Assembly (NCBI GenBank): GCA_963663275.1
Contig: OY760183.1
Span: 1,664,001 to 1,728,000 of the forward strand
Length of the DNA: 64,000 nucleotides
Direction: 5' to 3'
From: Chloroflexota bacterium
GTDB lineage: Bacteria; Chloroflexota; UBA11872; VXOZ01
Part shown: positions 27,752 through 36,622 of the stretch, piece after piece
Position numbering within the stretch: the first letter of the stretch is position 1
Layout: every line of letters starts with the position of its first letter
The notes under the pieces: generated by a model
Seen by the model: the letters and a program-made list of their open reading frames with translations, nothing else
Database searches by the model: none
What the model was told of the DNA's origin: nothing
Translations under genes and position numbers: made by a program

Positions 27752-27805
27752 AGACCAAGTACTTGCGTGGGGGCTGGTGAGAATACTCTGTCAGAGTTTC
27801 CAGGC

Positions 27806-30472
27806 TCAAAGCCTGAAATCTGAGCGCCTAGACTGGCGCAGAAGCCTCTTTAACTCTCGGGTTTCCTTTTGCAGCGCTTCAATTTGCGTTGACTGCGCAA
27901 TACTACGGTCTTCTATAGCTTCCGCAGGTAGGCCTAGTTTCTCCTTAGCCAAAGCTCGGTTGGCGTAGTATTGGGGTGGGACCTTTCCCGTACAGAGTCG
28001 GATGGCATTGTCAAAGTCCTCTAACGCTTTCTCGAATTCCTGCAAGTTGCTATTGCAGACACCGCGGCTGTAGAACCAAACAGCGGGGCGGTTGTGAAGA
28101 CTGTTTAGAAGAGAGTTGCTAAACCGGTCAAGAGCAATTGCCATGCTAAAGTCTTCTACGGCCAGCCTGTAATCGCCTAAGCTGCGAAAGGATGCACCTC
28201 GTCTGTAGTAAGCTTCATCGTCCTCCGGATCAATTGCAAGTGCTTTTGAAAGGTCAGAAATTGCTTCCTTATGTTTTCCCAAGTGCCGGTACGAGTCACC
28301 GCGACTAAAATAGTAGTAGGCTCTCTCAGGCTCCAATTCAATAGCCTTGTCGTAGTCTCCAATAGCCAACTGGTACTTCTGGTTCTTTTTGTACACCCAA
28401 CCTCGTTGTGCGTGATATCGAACCACACTTGGGTCTAGTTCAATTGCCTTACTGTAGTGGCCAACACTACTTTCAAATTTCTCATACCTGTCGAAAAGGT
28501 CACCACATGCTTCATACACTTTGGCAAAGTCGGGACGAATTTCTAGAGCCTTCTTGAAGTCGGTGAGGGCTCGCTCAGGAATGTCGACCTCAGGGCTACT
28601 GTAAAGTGTGCCCCGGCAGAGCAGGTAATCAGCATTACTTGGATCCAGTTCAATTGCAGAGTTGAAGTCTGAAAGCGCCTCATCGTATTGATTTAGCTTC
28701 CTGTAACAGTTACCTCGACGGATGTAGTAGCTGGCATTATCTGGCTCTAACTCAACTGCCCTGGTGTAATCCTTTTGGGCAGCATTGACATGATCTTCAT
28801 CACTAAAGGGGTCACCATTCTCAAAGTGAAGGTCTCCGCGGCCCGCGTATGCCCATGCACTATCCGGCTCGAGCTCAACTATCAAGTCATGAAGGTCTTT
28901 GGCTCGATTGAAACATTGCTCAGACAAGTAGAGCGCAGCGGCCAGCTTGCAGTCTTCAACGGCAGTCTTGACTTTACCTAGATCCTTGTAAGTCAGGCCA
29001 CGGGCCGTATAGTAATCGGCATACTTCGGCCGCAGCTCTATCGCTCTATCGAAGTCGGCAATGGCTTTACGGTGCTTTCCTTGTTCATTGTAGAAGTAGC
29101 CCCGTTGTGCATAGGTCACCGCACATGTAGGAAGTCGAGAAACAAGCCTGTCGTGAAGGCTCAAGGCTTCTCGAGGCTTAAGGTCGTCTACATAGTCACG
29201 AATTCTTCTCAGGTATCCCTCGGCGTTCTCTGGATCTAGTTCTACTGCTTTGCAGCAGTCCGCGAGAGCTTCGTCCAGTCTCTCTAACCTCAAATAGCAG
29301 TAGCCCCGCTGTGCATAGGTCACCGCACATGTAGGCAGTCGAGAAACAAGCCTGTCGTGAAAACTCAAGGCTTCTCGAGGCTTAAGGTCGTCTACATAGT
29401 CACGAATTCTTCTCAGGTATTTCTGGGCGTTCTCTGGATCTAGTTCTACTGCTTTGCAGCAGTCCGCGAGAGCTTCGTCCGTTCTCTCTAACCTCAAATA
29501 GAAGTCGCCTCGATCGGAGTAGTGTTGGGCATTTTCTGGTTGTAGTTCAATTGCCCTATCGTAAAGCACCAACGCTTTTTCGGGAGGGATGATGTCCATG
29601 GTCCACCAAAGGGAATGTGGGAATTTCCCTGGATGGAAATCGACAGCTTTCAGGCAGTCTGCCAACGCTCTTTCAGCATTATTGACCCGTAGGTGAGCGT
29701 ACCCGCGGTGATGGTAGCATTCGCTTTCTTCGGGCAGTAGTTCCACGGCCTTGTCAAAGTCCTGAAGGGCTCTTTCATAGCACTTTAATCTCGTAAGGAG
29801 AATGCCGCGTTGCAAATAGTACAACCCGTTGTCTGGCTGGAGCGCGATACAGGTGCTATAGCTTTCAACGGCTTTCTCATACTCCGACTTCCCATATTGG
29901 GTGCCACGTAAACCAAAGAGTACGTCGCCACGTTCAGAAAAGAAGCTCCCAAGTGCGACGTAGTGTGACACTTCGGTTGGTTCGAGGCTGATTGCCTTAC
30001 CGAAGTCTGCCAAGTCTGCGTCTGCGTCTGCGTCAAAGCGAATCTTCCGCGCATGGTAGTTTCCGCGTGCGATATATGCTGCGGCGTTACCGGGATCCAG
30101 TTCAATGGCTCTGTCGTAATTCGGTAAGGGTATGTAGAGCTTTCCTAAGTTCTCGAATAGGACTCCACGGGCGATATAGACATCAGGGCAATCTGGCTGA
30201 AGCTCAGCTACTCTTTGATAGTCCGCCAATGCTTCTTCTGTCTTGCCCAAGTCTCTAAAGCAGTTGCCACGGGCCAAATGAGCACAAGTGTGTCCTGGCT
30301 CGATTCGAATTGATTTCGAGAATTGCCGGATGGCTTCATCCAGTTGACCTTTTTTGAAGAGTTCGGCGCCAGCCTCGTAGTGAGACTTGGCATCTCCTGT
30401 ACAATCAGGCACCACACTTTCCCCCAATCTGCGAAAACAAAATGCACCACTACCGGTTAGATAGTAGTGCAC
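27806..30472 (-). CDS. Large TPR-repeat protein, AT-richer than its neighbours; start uncertain
   Basis: Many 34-aa repeats (Y..RG..Y..L...A..D...AIELDP) and visibly lower GC. Confidence 0.88.
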   Translation of the reverse strand: MHYYLTGSGAFCFRRLGESVVPDCTGDAKSHYEAGAELFKKGQLDEAIRQFSKSIRIEPGHTCAHLARGNCFRDLGKTEEALADYQRVAELQPDCPDVYIARGVLFENLGKLYIPLPNYDRAIELDPGNAAAYIARGNYHARKIRFDADADADLADFGKAISLEPTEVSHYVALGSFFSERGDVLFGLRGTQYGKSEYEKAVESYSTCIALQPDNGLYYLQRGILLTRLKCYERALQDFDKAVELLPEESECYHHRGYAHLRVNNAERALADCLKAVDFHPGKFPHSLWWTMDIIPPEKALVLYDRAIELQPENAQHYSDRGDFYLRLERTDEALADCCKAVELDPENAQKYLRRIRDYVDDLKPREALSFHDRLVSRLPTCAVTYAQRGYCYLRLERLDEALADCCKAVELDPENAEGYLRRIRDYVDDLKPREALSLHDRLVSRLPTCAVTYAQRGYFYNEQGKHRKAIADFDRAIELRPKYADYYTARGLTYKDLGKVKTAVEDCKLAAALYLSEQCFNRAKDLHDLIVELEPDSAWAYAGRGDLHFENGDPFSDEDHVNAAQKDYTRAVELEPDNASYYIRRGNCYRKLNQYDEALSDFNSAIELDPSNADYLLCRGTLYSSPEVDIPERALTDFKKALEIRPDFAKVYEACGDLFDRYEKFESSVGHYSKAIELDPSVVRYHAQRGWVYKKNQKYQLAIGDYDKAIELEPERAYYYFSRGDSYRHLGKHKEAISDLSKALAIDPEDDEAYYRRGASFRSLGDYRLAVEDFSMAIALDRFSNSLLNSLHNRPAVWFYSRGVCNSNLQEFEKALEDFDNAIRLCTGKVPPQYYANRALAKEKLGLPAEAIEDRSIAQSTQIEALQKETRELKRLLRQSRRSDFRL
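29096..29501. repeat. Near-identical tandem duplication with 204-bp period (two TPR units)
   Basis: 29096-29297 vs 29300-29501. Confidence 0.9.
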
Positions 30473-30475
30473 CTA

Positions 30476-30551
30476 TGGTACCCCGTGAGCGACTCGAACG
30501 CTCGACCCCTGGCTCCGCAAGCCAGTGCTCTATCCACTGAGCTAACGGGGC
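30476..30551 (-). tRNA. tRNA-Arg(GCG)
   Basis: GCCCCGT/ACGGGGT acceptor stem, CTGGC-TTGCGGA-GCCAG anticodon arm, GTTCGA T-loop, encoded CCA. Confidence 0.93.
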
Positions 30552-30891
30552 ATGTGTTGTGCTTTTCTTAGTATAGCATAGTGGTTTGTGCCGGCATTCT
30601 CTACGGCGCGAGTTGAATGGGCCGTTTTGCGGGAAGCCGGGGGCTTTTGGGGGCGAGCGTGTGGGAAGAATCGAAGAGGAGGCTGCGGGAACTTTGTTTC
30701 CACAGCCTCCTTCTATCAAGGTCTTTGCGCCACGCGACGCGGCGGTCGCGGAAGACACGCTGCGCCGCGGAATCTCCCCCTCACCCTAGCCCTCTCCCCA
30801 GGGAGAGGGAATAGGACGTGGCCGTATTTCCCTCCCCAGGGAGAGGGAACAAGACGCGGCTGCGATTCCAGTGCCAGGGAGAGGGAACAGA

Positions 30892-30937
30892 GCGCGGGGG
30901 CAATTTCCTCACGTCAGTGAGGAAATTGCCCCCGCGC
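30892..30937. terminator. Perfect 21-bp stem-loop downstream of hflC
   Basis: GCGCGGGGGCAATTTCCTCAC-GTCA-GTGAGGAAATTGCCCCCGCGC; no clear U-tract. Confidence 0.55.
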
Positions 30938-30995
30938 CTCTCGGCTAGCCCAGGCGAACGGGCGCCGGGTTACTTGTCCTGCGCGCTTGCCGGGT

Positions 30996-31913
30996 TTACT
31001 CGTCCTCCACGCTTGCCGGGATGGGCGCTGGCAGAGCCGTGCCCACGTCGCGTTGCGGCGACGGGTCGATCAGGTACTTGAAGAATTCGCTTTCCGGTGA
31101 GATGACCAGCATGTCGCCTTGTTGGAGCACCTTGACGTAGGCTTCCAGGCGGCGGCGGAAGGCGAAGAATTCGGGGTCCTGGTTCAGGGCGTTGGCGTAG
31201 ATGGCGATGGCTTCCGCGTCGCCTTGGCCGCGGGTTTGGGCCGCTTGCTCCTCGGCTTCCGCGACGATCACGATGCGTTCGCGATCGGCGGAGGCCATGA
31301 TTTCGGCGGCTTGCTCCTCGCCCTCGGCGCGGTAGCGGTTGGCTTCACGGGCGCGCTCGGCACGCATACGGTCGAAGACGCTCTCCTCGACCTCTTCCGG
31401 CAGGTCGGCGCGTTTGAAGCGCACGTCCACCACCTCGATGCCGAAGTCCAAGGCGCGCTCGCGGCTGGCAATGGTAACGGCTTCCATGATGTTCTCACGT
31501 TCACCGGCGATCATCACGTCGAAGTTATACGTCGCCAGCGTCCGGCGCAATTCTGAGAAGACCACGTCGTCCAGGCGCGCCCGGGCGCCGTTCTCATTTT
31601 GCACACTCACGAAGAACGTGAGCGGGTCGATGATCCGCCAGCGCGTTACGTGGTCTACTTGAACACGCTTCTTGTCAAGCGTGAGATACTCCTGGGGCTC
31701 GGCGTCGCTGGAGAGCAGACGCCGGTCGAAGAAGACCGCTTCCTGGATGAACGGCAGCTTGAAGTAGAGCCCGGGGTCTCTGGCCGTGTAGCGATACTCG
31801 CCAAGCTGCAAGACGATGGCCTGATTGGTCTCGGTGACGACGAACGTCACTTGCGACGCGACGATGAGAATCAGCGCCCCCAGGGCGATGATTGCGGTTA
31901 GGGTTCGTCCCAT
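30996..31913 (-). CDS. hflC: Protease modulator HflC
   Basis: PGLYFKLPF, TLDKK, RWRIIDP, KRADLP, RMRAER, DPEFFAF. Confidence 0.92.
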   Translation of the reverse strand: MGRTLTAIIALGALILIVASQVTFVVTETNQAIVLQLGEYRYTARDPGLYFKLPFIQEAVFFDRRLLSSDAEPQEYLTLDKKRVQVDHVTRWRIIDPLTFFVSVQNENGARARLDDVVFSELRRTLATYNFDVMIAGERENIMEAVTIASRERALDFGIEVVDVRFKRADLPEEVEESVFDRMRAERAREANRYRAEGEEQAAEIMASADRERIVIVAEAEEQAAQTRGQGDAEAIAIYANALNQDPEFFAFRRRLEAYVKVLQQGDMLVISPESEFFKYLIDPSPQRDVGTALPAPIPASVEDE

Positions 31914-31925
31914 GCGGCGCCTCCT

Positions 31926-32963
31926 TTACTGGCTAATTCCTGATGACTGGGTTCCGGTCTGCAAGTCCCGCAGCGGGAGGAAGGGCAGCACGCTGCCGTC
32001 CGACTGCGAAATCAGCACTTTGTCCACGTTGACCATGGCTTGCTCCACGGCCTCGATGTACATGCGCTCGCGGGTCACTTCGGGAGCGCGGCGGTACTCT
32101 TCCAGGATGGAGAGGAAGCGTTCGCTCTCGCCGCGGGCGCTGCGGACGCGCTCTTCCTGGTAGGCCAGGGCTTGTTCCAGAATGCGCTTGGCCTCGCCGC
32201 GGGCGCGGGGCACCACGTCTTCGCGGTAGGCCTGGGCCTCGTTCACTTTGCGTTCGCGGTCTTCACGGGCGCGGACCACCTCGTGGAAGGCGTCCCGCAC
32301 CTGATCGGGGGCGTCCGCCACTTGCAGGCGCACGTCGGTAATCAGGATGCCGGCGTTGTACTCATCGATGAGTTGCTGCAAATAGGCGCGGGTATTCTCC
32401 TGCACCTCGGCGCGGCGCTCGGTGATAACGCCGTCAATTGGCATCTTGCCGACGGCGCTCCGCAGCGCGACCTCCGTGGTGGTATGGAGCACCGCCTCCG
32501 GATTGTTCACGTTGAAGACGAACGCGGCGGCGTCTTTCACCCGGTACTGCACCAGCAGGCCGACCTCGACGATGTTCTCGTCGGCGGTGAGCATCAGCGC
32601 TTCCTCCAGGATGCGCCGGGATTCCTGGCCTTCGATGGTGCGGAATCCGATTTCGGCGCGGCGCACGTTGGCGATGTCAACGATGACCACGTTCTGCACG
32701 GGCCAGGGCAGGTGGTAGTTCACGCCGGGTGAGGTGGTATTCACGTGCCTGCCGAATTGGAGGACGACGCCCTGCTCGGCGGGGTCTACGATGTAGACGC
32801 CGGAGCCGATCCAGATTATCACCGCGATTGCCAAGCCGAGGATGATGAAACGTTGCGCCCGCCGGGCCCGGTCGCGGGTCTGGCGGAAAACCTCGCCAAA
32901 ATCCTCATTGTCTTCGTCGTCCGGCGGCCCGCCGCGCGGCCCGCCACGATCATATACGGACAT
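31926..32963 (-). CDS. hflK: Protease modulator HflK
   Basis: EQGVVLQFG, HLPWP, MLTADENIV, PRARGEA, APEVTRERMY. Confidence 0.92.
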   Translation of the reverse strand: MSVYDRGGPRGGPPDDEDNEDFGEVFRQTRDRARRAQRFIILGLAIAVIIWIGSGVYIVDPAEQGVVLQFGRHVNTTSPGVNYHLPWPVQNVVIVDIANVRRAEIGFRTIEGQESRRILEEALMLTADENIVEVGLLVQYRVKDAAAFVFNVNNPEAVLHTTTEVALRSAVGKMPIDGVITERRAEVQENTRAYLQQLIDEYNAGILITDVRLQVADAPDQVRDAFHEVVRAREDRERKVNEAQAYREDVVPRARGEAKRILEQALAYQEERVRSARGESERFLSILEEYRRAPEVTRERMYIEAVEQAMVNVDKVLISQSDGSVLPFLPLRDLQTGTQSSGISQ

Positions 32964-33372
32964 GCCTTAGCCTCCTTCTGGCATGTTTTGCGTGGGTGCT
33001 CTCTGCCTGGGGCGGCCGCTGCCAGCGGCGGCGTCCCAGATTGCACGGTTCTTGGTTCTCTCCTACTACCGTACCATGCTACCGGCACGTTTGTAGAGCG
33101 CGACGCCTTCCCGATGCGAACGGGGCGCCGTCTCCGGTGTCCGGTTCGTTCTGCCGGGAGTCGTCACTACCATTCTACCGCTAGTCCGTAGGATAAGGAA
33201 GAAGCGGCCGGCGCTCACGCGCCGCGCGGCAGCGGGGCCGGGGCGCGCCGCCATTGCCGCCGGTTGCGGTTGGCTCGAGCCGCGCGCGCCGGTTGCGGAA
33301 CTCTTCCCGCATAGTAGAATGGGTGTGAGGGTTATGAGACTCCCACGATTACTCTAGTAAGGAGCGGCAACC

Positions 33373-33870
33373 ATGTTGTCGGAATCGATACGCACGGCGT
33401 TGAACAAGCAGATTACCGATGAACTCTATGCGTCCCACCTCTACCTGGCGATGGCGGCGTACTTCGAGTCGCAGGCGCTGCCCGGCTTCGCCCACTGGAT
33501 GCGGGTGCAAAGCGACGAGGAACGCGCCCACGCGCTGCGCGTGATCGACATGGTGGTGAACCGGGGCGGCGACATAGTCATCCGGGGCATCGAGGCGCCC
33601 TCAGCGTGCATGGGCACGCCATTGGCGGTCTTCGAGAACGCGCTGGCCCACGAGCAGGCGGTCACACAGACGATCCACAATCTCTACGCCCTGGCCGAAA
33701 AAGAGAATGACTACACTACCCAGGCGGAATTGCAGTGGTTCTTGGTGGAGCAGGTGGAGGAAGAGCGCGTCACCGGCGACATCGTGCAGCAACTGAAGCG
33801 CGTGCAGGGCGAGCCGAGCGGCTTAATGATGCTGGACCGGGAACTGGCGGGACGGGCCGGGGAAGAATAG
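33373..33870 (+). CDS. ftn: Ferritin
   Basis: LNKQITDELYAS.LYLAM, QSDEERAHA, HEQAVT, LQWFLVEQVEEE. Confidence 0.92.
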   Translation: MLSESIRTALNKQITDELYASHLYLAMAAYFESQALPGFAHWMRVQSDEERAHALRVIDMVVNRGGDIVIRGIEAPSACMGTPLAVFENALAHEQAVTQTIHNLYALAEKENDYTTQAELQWFLVEQVEEERVTGDIVQQLKRVQGEPSGLMMLDRELAGRAGEE

Positions 33871-33942
33871 TCTCGCGGCTGCGCGCGGCCAGACTGGGAG
33901 TTGCAGGCAGGGCGCGGTTTGCCGGGGCCGGTTGCGTTCGCT

Positions 33943-34017
33943 TGGAGCGGGCAGTGGGATTCGAACCCACGATCTCAACCTTGGGAAGGTCGCGTGTTGC
34001 CACTACACCATGCCCGC
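33943..34017 (-). tRNA. tRNA-Gly(CCC)
   Basis: GCGGGCA/TGCCCGC acceptor stem, CGACC-TTCCCAA-GGTTG anticodon arm, GGTTCGAATCC, CCA. Confidence 0.93.
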
Positions 34018-34197
34018 GCGCCTATAAACTACGGTAGGCGATTTTCGCGGCGTCGTCAAGCCGCCGCAGTCCGGCCGGCATGAACGGGCGGCGCGGCGAC
34101 GGCGGCGCTTCTTGAACGAAGGACGCGGCGGCGGGTACCGCGCCAGAGGCCGCAATGGCAATTCATGGAAAGAAGGCCCGCAGGCGGGAAGGGCGCT

Positions 34198-34944
34198 ATG
34201 AGTGAGAGTCTGGCCGGCCGCCGTGTGCTGGTTACCGGCGGCGGGCGCGGCATCGGACGTTCGATTGCTTTGGCCTGCGCGCGGGAGGGCGCGCGGGTTG
34301 CCGTCACCGCGCGTTCTGAAGACCAACTCGCGGCCGTTGTGGAGGAGATTCACGCGGCGGGCGGCGCGGCGGTCTCGTTTGGGTGCGACGTGGGGGACGT
34401 GAAGCAGGTAGAGCGCATGGTGGGAGAGGCCGCGGCGGCTCTGGGCGGCATCGACATCTTGGTCAACAATGCCGGCGGCGGCACGGAACACGGCCCGGTG
34501 GCGGAAAGTACGCCGGACTTGTGGGTGGCGTGCATCGACGCCAACCTCATCGGCACGTACGCCTGCGCGCGCTACGTCCTGCCGGGGATGATTGCCAACG
34601 GCGGCGGCAAAGTCATCAACATCGGCTCCGGCATGGGCCACGAGGCGCGGGCCGGCAGCGCGTCGTACAACACGGCCAAGGCGGCGGTGTGGATGTTCAC
34701 CAAGTGCCTGGCGTTGGAGGTGTGGGAGCACGGCGTCGAGGTAAACGAGATTGTGCCCGGGCCGGTGCTGACGCCGCTCACGGCGGACCGGTTTACGTTG
34801 GACGGGCCGCCGCCGTTTGCGCCCAGCGAGCGGGTCAAGCTGCCGGAAGAAGTGGCGGAACTGGCGCTGTGGCTGGCTACTCGCCCGCCGGGCGGTCCCA
34901 CCGGCCAGAGTTTCAGCCTCGCCCGCCGCCCTCCTGGAGGCTGA
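34198..34944 (+). CDS. SDR family oxidoreductase
   Basis: TGGGRGIG, NNAG, YNTAK. Confidence 0.9.
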   Translation: MSESLAGRRVLVTGGGRGIGRSIALACAREGARVAVTARSEDQLAAVVEEIHAAGGAAVSFGCDVGDVKQVERMVGEAAAALGGIDILVNNAGGGTEHGPVAESTPDLWVACIDANLIGTYACARYVLPGMIANGGGKVINIGSGMGHEARAGSASYNTAKAAVWMFTKCLALEVWEHGVEVNEIVPGPVLTPLTADRFTLDGPPPFAPSERVKLPEEVAELALWLATRPPGGPTGQSFSLARRPPGG

Positions 34945-35038
34945 GGAAGAGATACAAGCGCGTTAAGTGCTTTCTTTTGCTTACAGAGTCTATGCAGACG
35001 CATGGGGCGCTGGCGAATTGCTATCGAGAAGAAGACTC

Positions 35039-35857
35039 TCAGGCGAGGGATCTTCGCCTGAACAAGGCCACCAGTGCGAATATCCCGCTTGCTACCAGGG
35101 TCATAGCAGGAGCGGCGGGCACATTGAAGTGGTAGGAGACGTAGAGGCCTGTCACGGCGGACGCGGCCCCCAGCGCCGCGGCCAGCATCATCATCGAGAC
35201 AAAGCGCCTGACCAGCAAGTACGCCGCGGCGGCAGGCGTTACCAGCATCGCCATGACAAGCACAATACCCGCCGCCTGAATCCCTATGACGATAACGAGC
35301 GCAAGCATTACCAGGAACACGTAGTCGACCAAATTGGAACGGGAACCGACAACCTGCGATCCCACGGGGTCAAAGCTCGCGAACAGCAGCCAGTGGTGGA
35401 GAGTGAACAGCCCCAGGATGACGATCACGGTTATCCCAAGGGACACATAGATGTCGGTCGGGGATATGGCCAATACCTTGCCCAGGAGCAGGTCTTCCAT
35501 ATTGACTCTGATGGTCGTCGCGCTTGCTAGCATCACCAGTCCCAGGGCAAACATGGCCGCAAAGAGAATGCCTATGGAAGTATCGGTGCTGAGACCCGCG
35601 CGCCGGCTCACCGTTCTGACCAGAATGGCAACAGAGACCCCGGTTGGGATGGCGGCAATGGCCGGATTGATGCCGACAATGAAGCCAAGCACCATTCCCG
35701 GCAGCACGGCGTGGGCGAGTGCGTCCCCAATGAAGGCGAGATTCCTGGTGACGACGTACGCGCCAACCAGCGGACACATCACGCCCACAAGTATCGAGCC
35801 GATGAGGGCTCTCACCATGAAGCCATACTCAAGCGGGGCGACAAAGAAGTCGATCAT
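35039..35857 (-). CDS. Metal (Zn/Mn) ABC permease, ZnuB-like
   Basis: GDALAHAVLPG, DTSIGI, SFDP, LVTPAAAA. Confidence 0.9.
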   Translation of the reverse strand: MIDFFVAPLEYGFMVRALIGSILVGVMCPLVGAYVVTRNLAFIGDALAHAVLPGMVLGFIVGINPAIAAIPTGVSVAILVRTVSRRAGLSTDTSIGILFAAMFALGLVMLASATTIRVNMEDLLLGKVLAISPTDIYVSLGITVIVILGLFTLHHWLLFASFDPVGSQVVGSRSNLVDYVFLVMLALVIVIGIQAAGIVLVMAMLVTPAAAAYLLVRRFVSMMMLAAALGAASAVTGLYVSYHFNVPAAPAMTLVASGIFALVALFRRRSLA

Positions 35858-35872
35858 GTCTTCCGTCTACGG

Positions 35873-36622
35873 CTATCCATCCGCGGCAAGGCGCAAACCG
35901 TGGGCGCCGTACAGCTTCTCCATGACTTTGGACGTAAAGACCAGGTCGGGAGGGCCGCAGGCGCACACCTGGCAGTTCAGGCACAATACCTCGTCGAAGC
36001 GGCCGGCCAGGTTGGTGACGTCGTGGGTCGCCAGCATGACAATGCACCCATCATCCCGCAGCGATCGAAGGACCTCGACGAGGCCCTCTTGAGCGCCGAC
36101 GTCGACGCCGCTGAAGGCCTCATCAAGGAGAAGGACGCTCGCCTCCTGGGCCAGAGCCCTGGCGACGAACACCCTTTGCCTCTGTCCTCCCGATAGCTCC
36201 GTCATGAGCGCGGAGCGATGCTCCCACAGGCCCACACGGCAGATGCACGCCTTGACCAGTTCTCGGTCTCTCTTTCCAGGCCGCTGAAACCACTTGAGCC
36301 GGCAGCGCCGGCCCATCATGACAACGTCCGACACGGTCACGGGAAAGCGCCAGTTGACGCTCTCCCGCTGAGGCACGTACGCCAGCGCCCCGCCCCCCTG
36401 GTCTACACGGTTCAGAGTTACCTTGCCCTGGTGAACCGGAAGGAGACCGGCAATGGCATTGAACAGGGTGCTCTTGCCGGCTCCATTCGGTCCGACAACG
36501 CCCATGAGCGTTCCCGCGTCCACGTCGAAGGTGACGTCGTTCAGGGCCATGTGCCCATCGAGCTCGACAGTCACGTTCCGAAGCGATACGCTCGCTCTAT
36601 GCGCGTTCGGGGCGGTGTTCAC
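35873..36622 (-). CDS. Metal ABC ATPase, ZnuC-like
   Basis: GPNGAGKST, YVPQR..VNWRFP, LSGGQRQR, LLDE, ATHD. Confidence 0.9.
   Translation of the reverse strand: MNTAPNAHRASVSLRNVTVELDGHMALNDVTFDVDAGTLMGVVGPNGAGKSTLFNAIAGLLPVHQGKVTLNRVDQGGGALAYVPQRESVNWRFPVTVSDVVMMGRRCRLKWFQRPGKRDRELVKACICRVGLWEHRSALMTELSGGQRQRVFVARALAQEASVLLLDEAFSGVDVGAQEGLVEVLRSLRDDGCIVMLATHDVTNLAGRFDEVLCLNCQVCACGPPDLVFTSKVMEKLYGAHGLRLAADG

Noticed and set aside
27752-27805. att-like duplication of the tRNA-Arg 3' end bounding the TPR gene
   Set aside because: No convincing match to TGGTACCCCGTGAG
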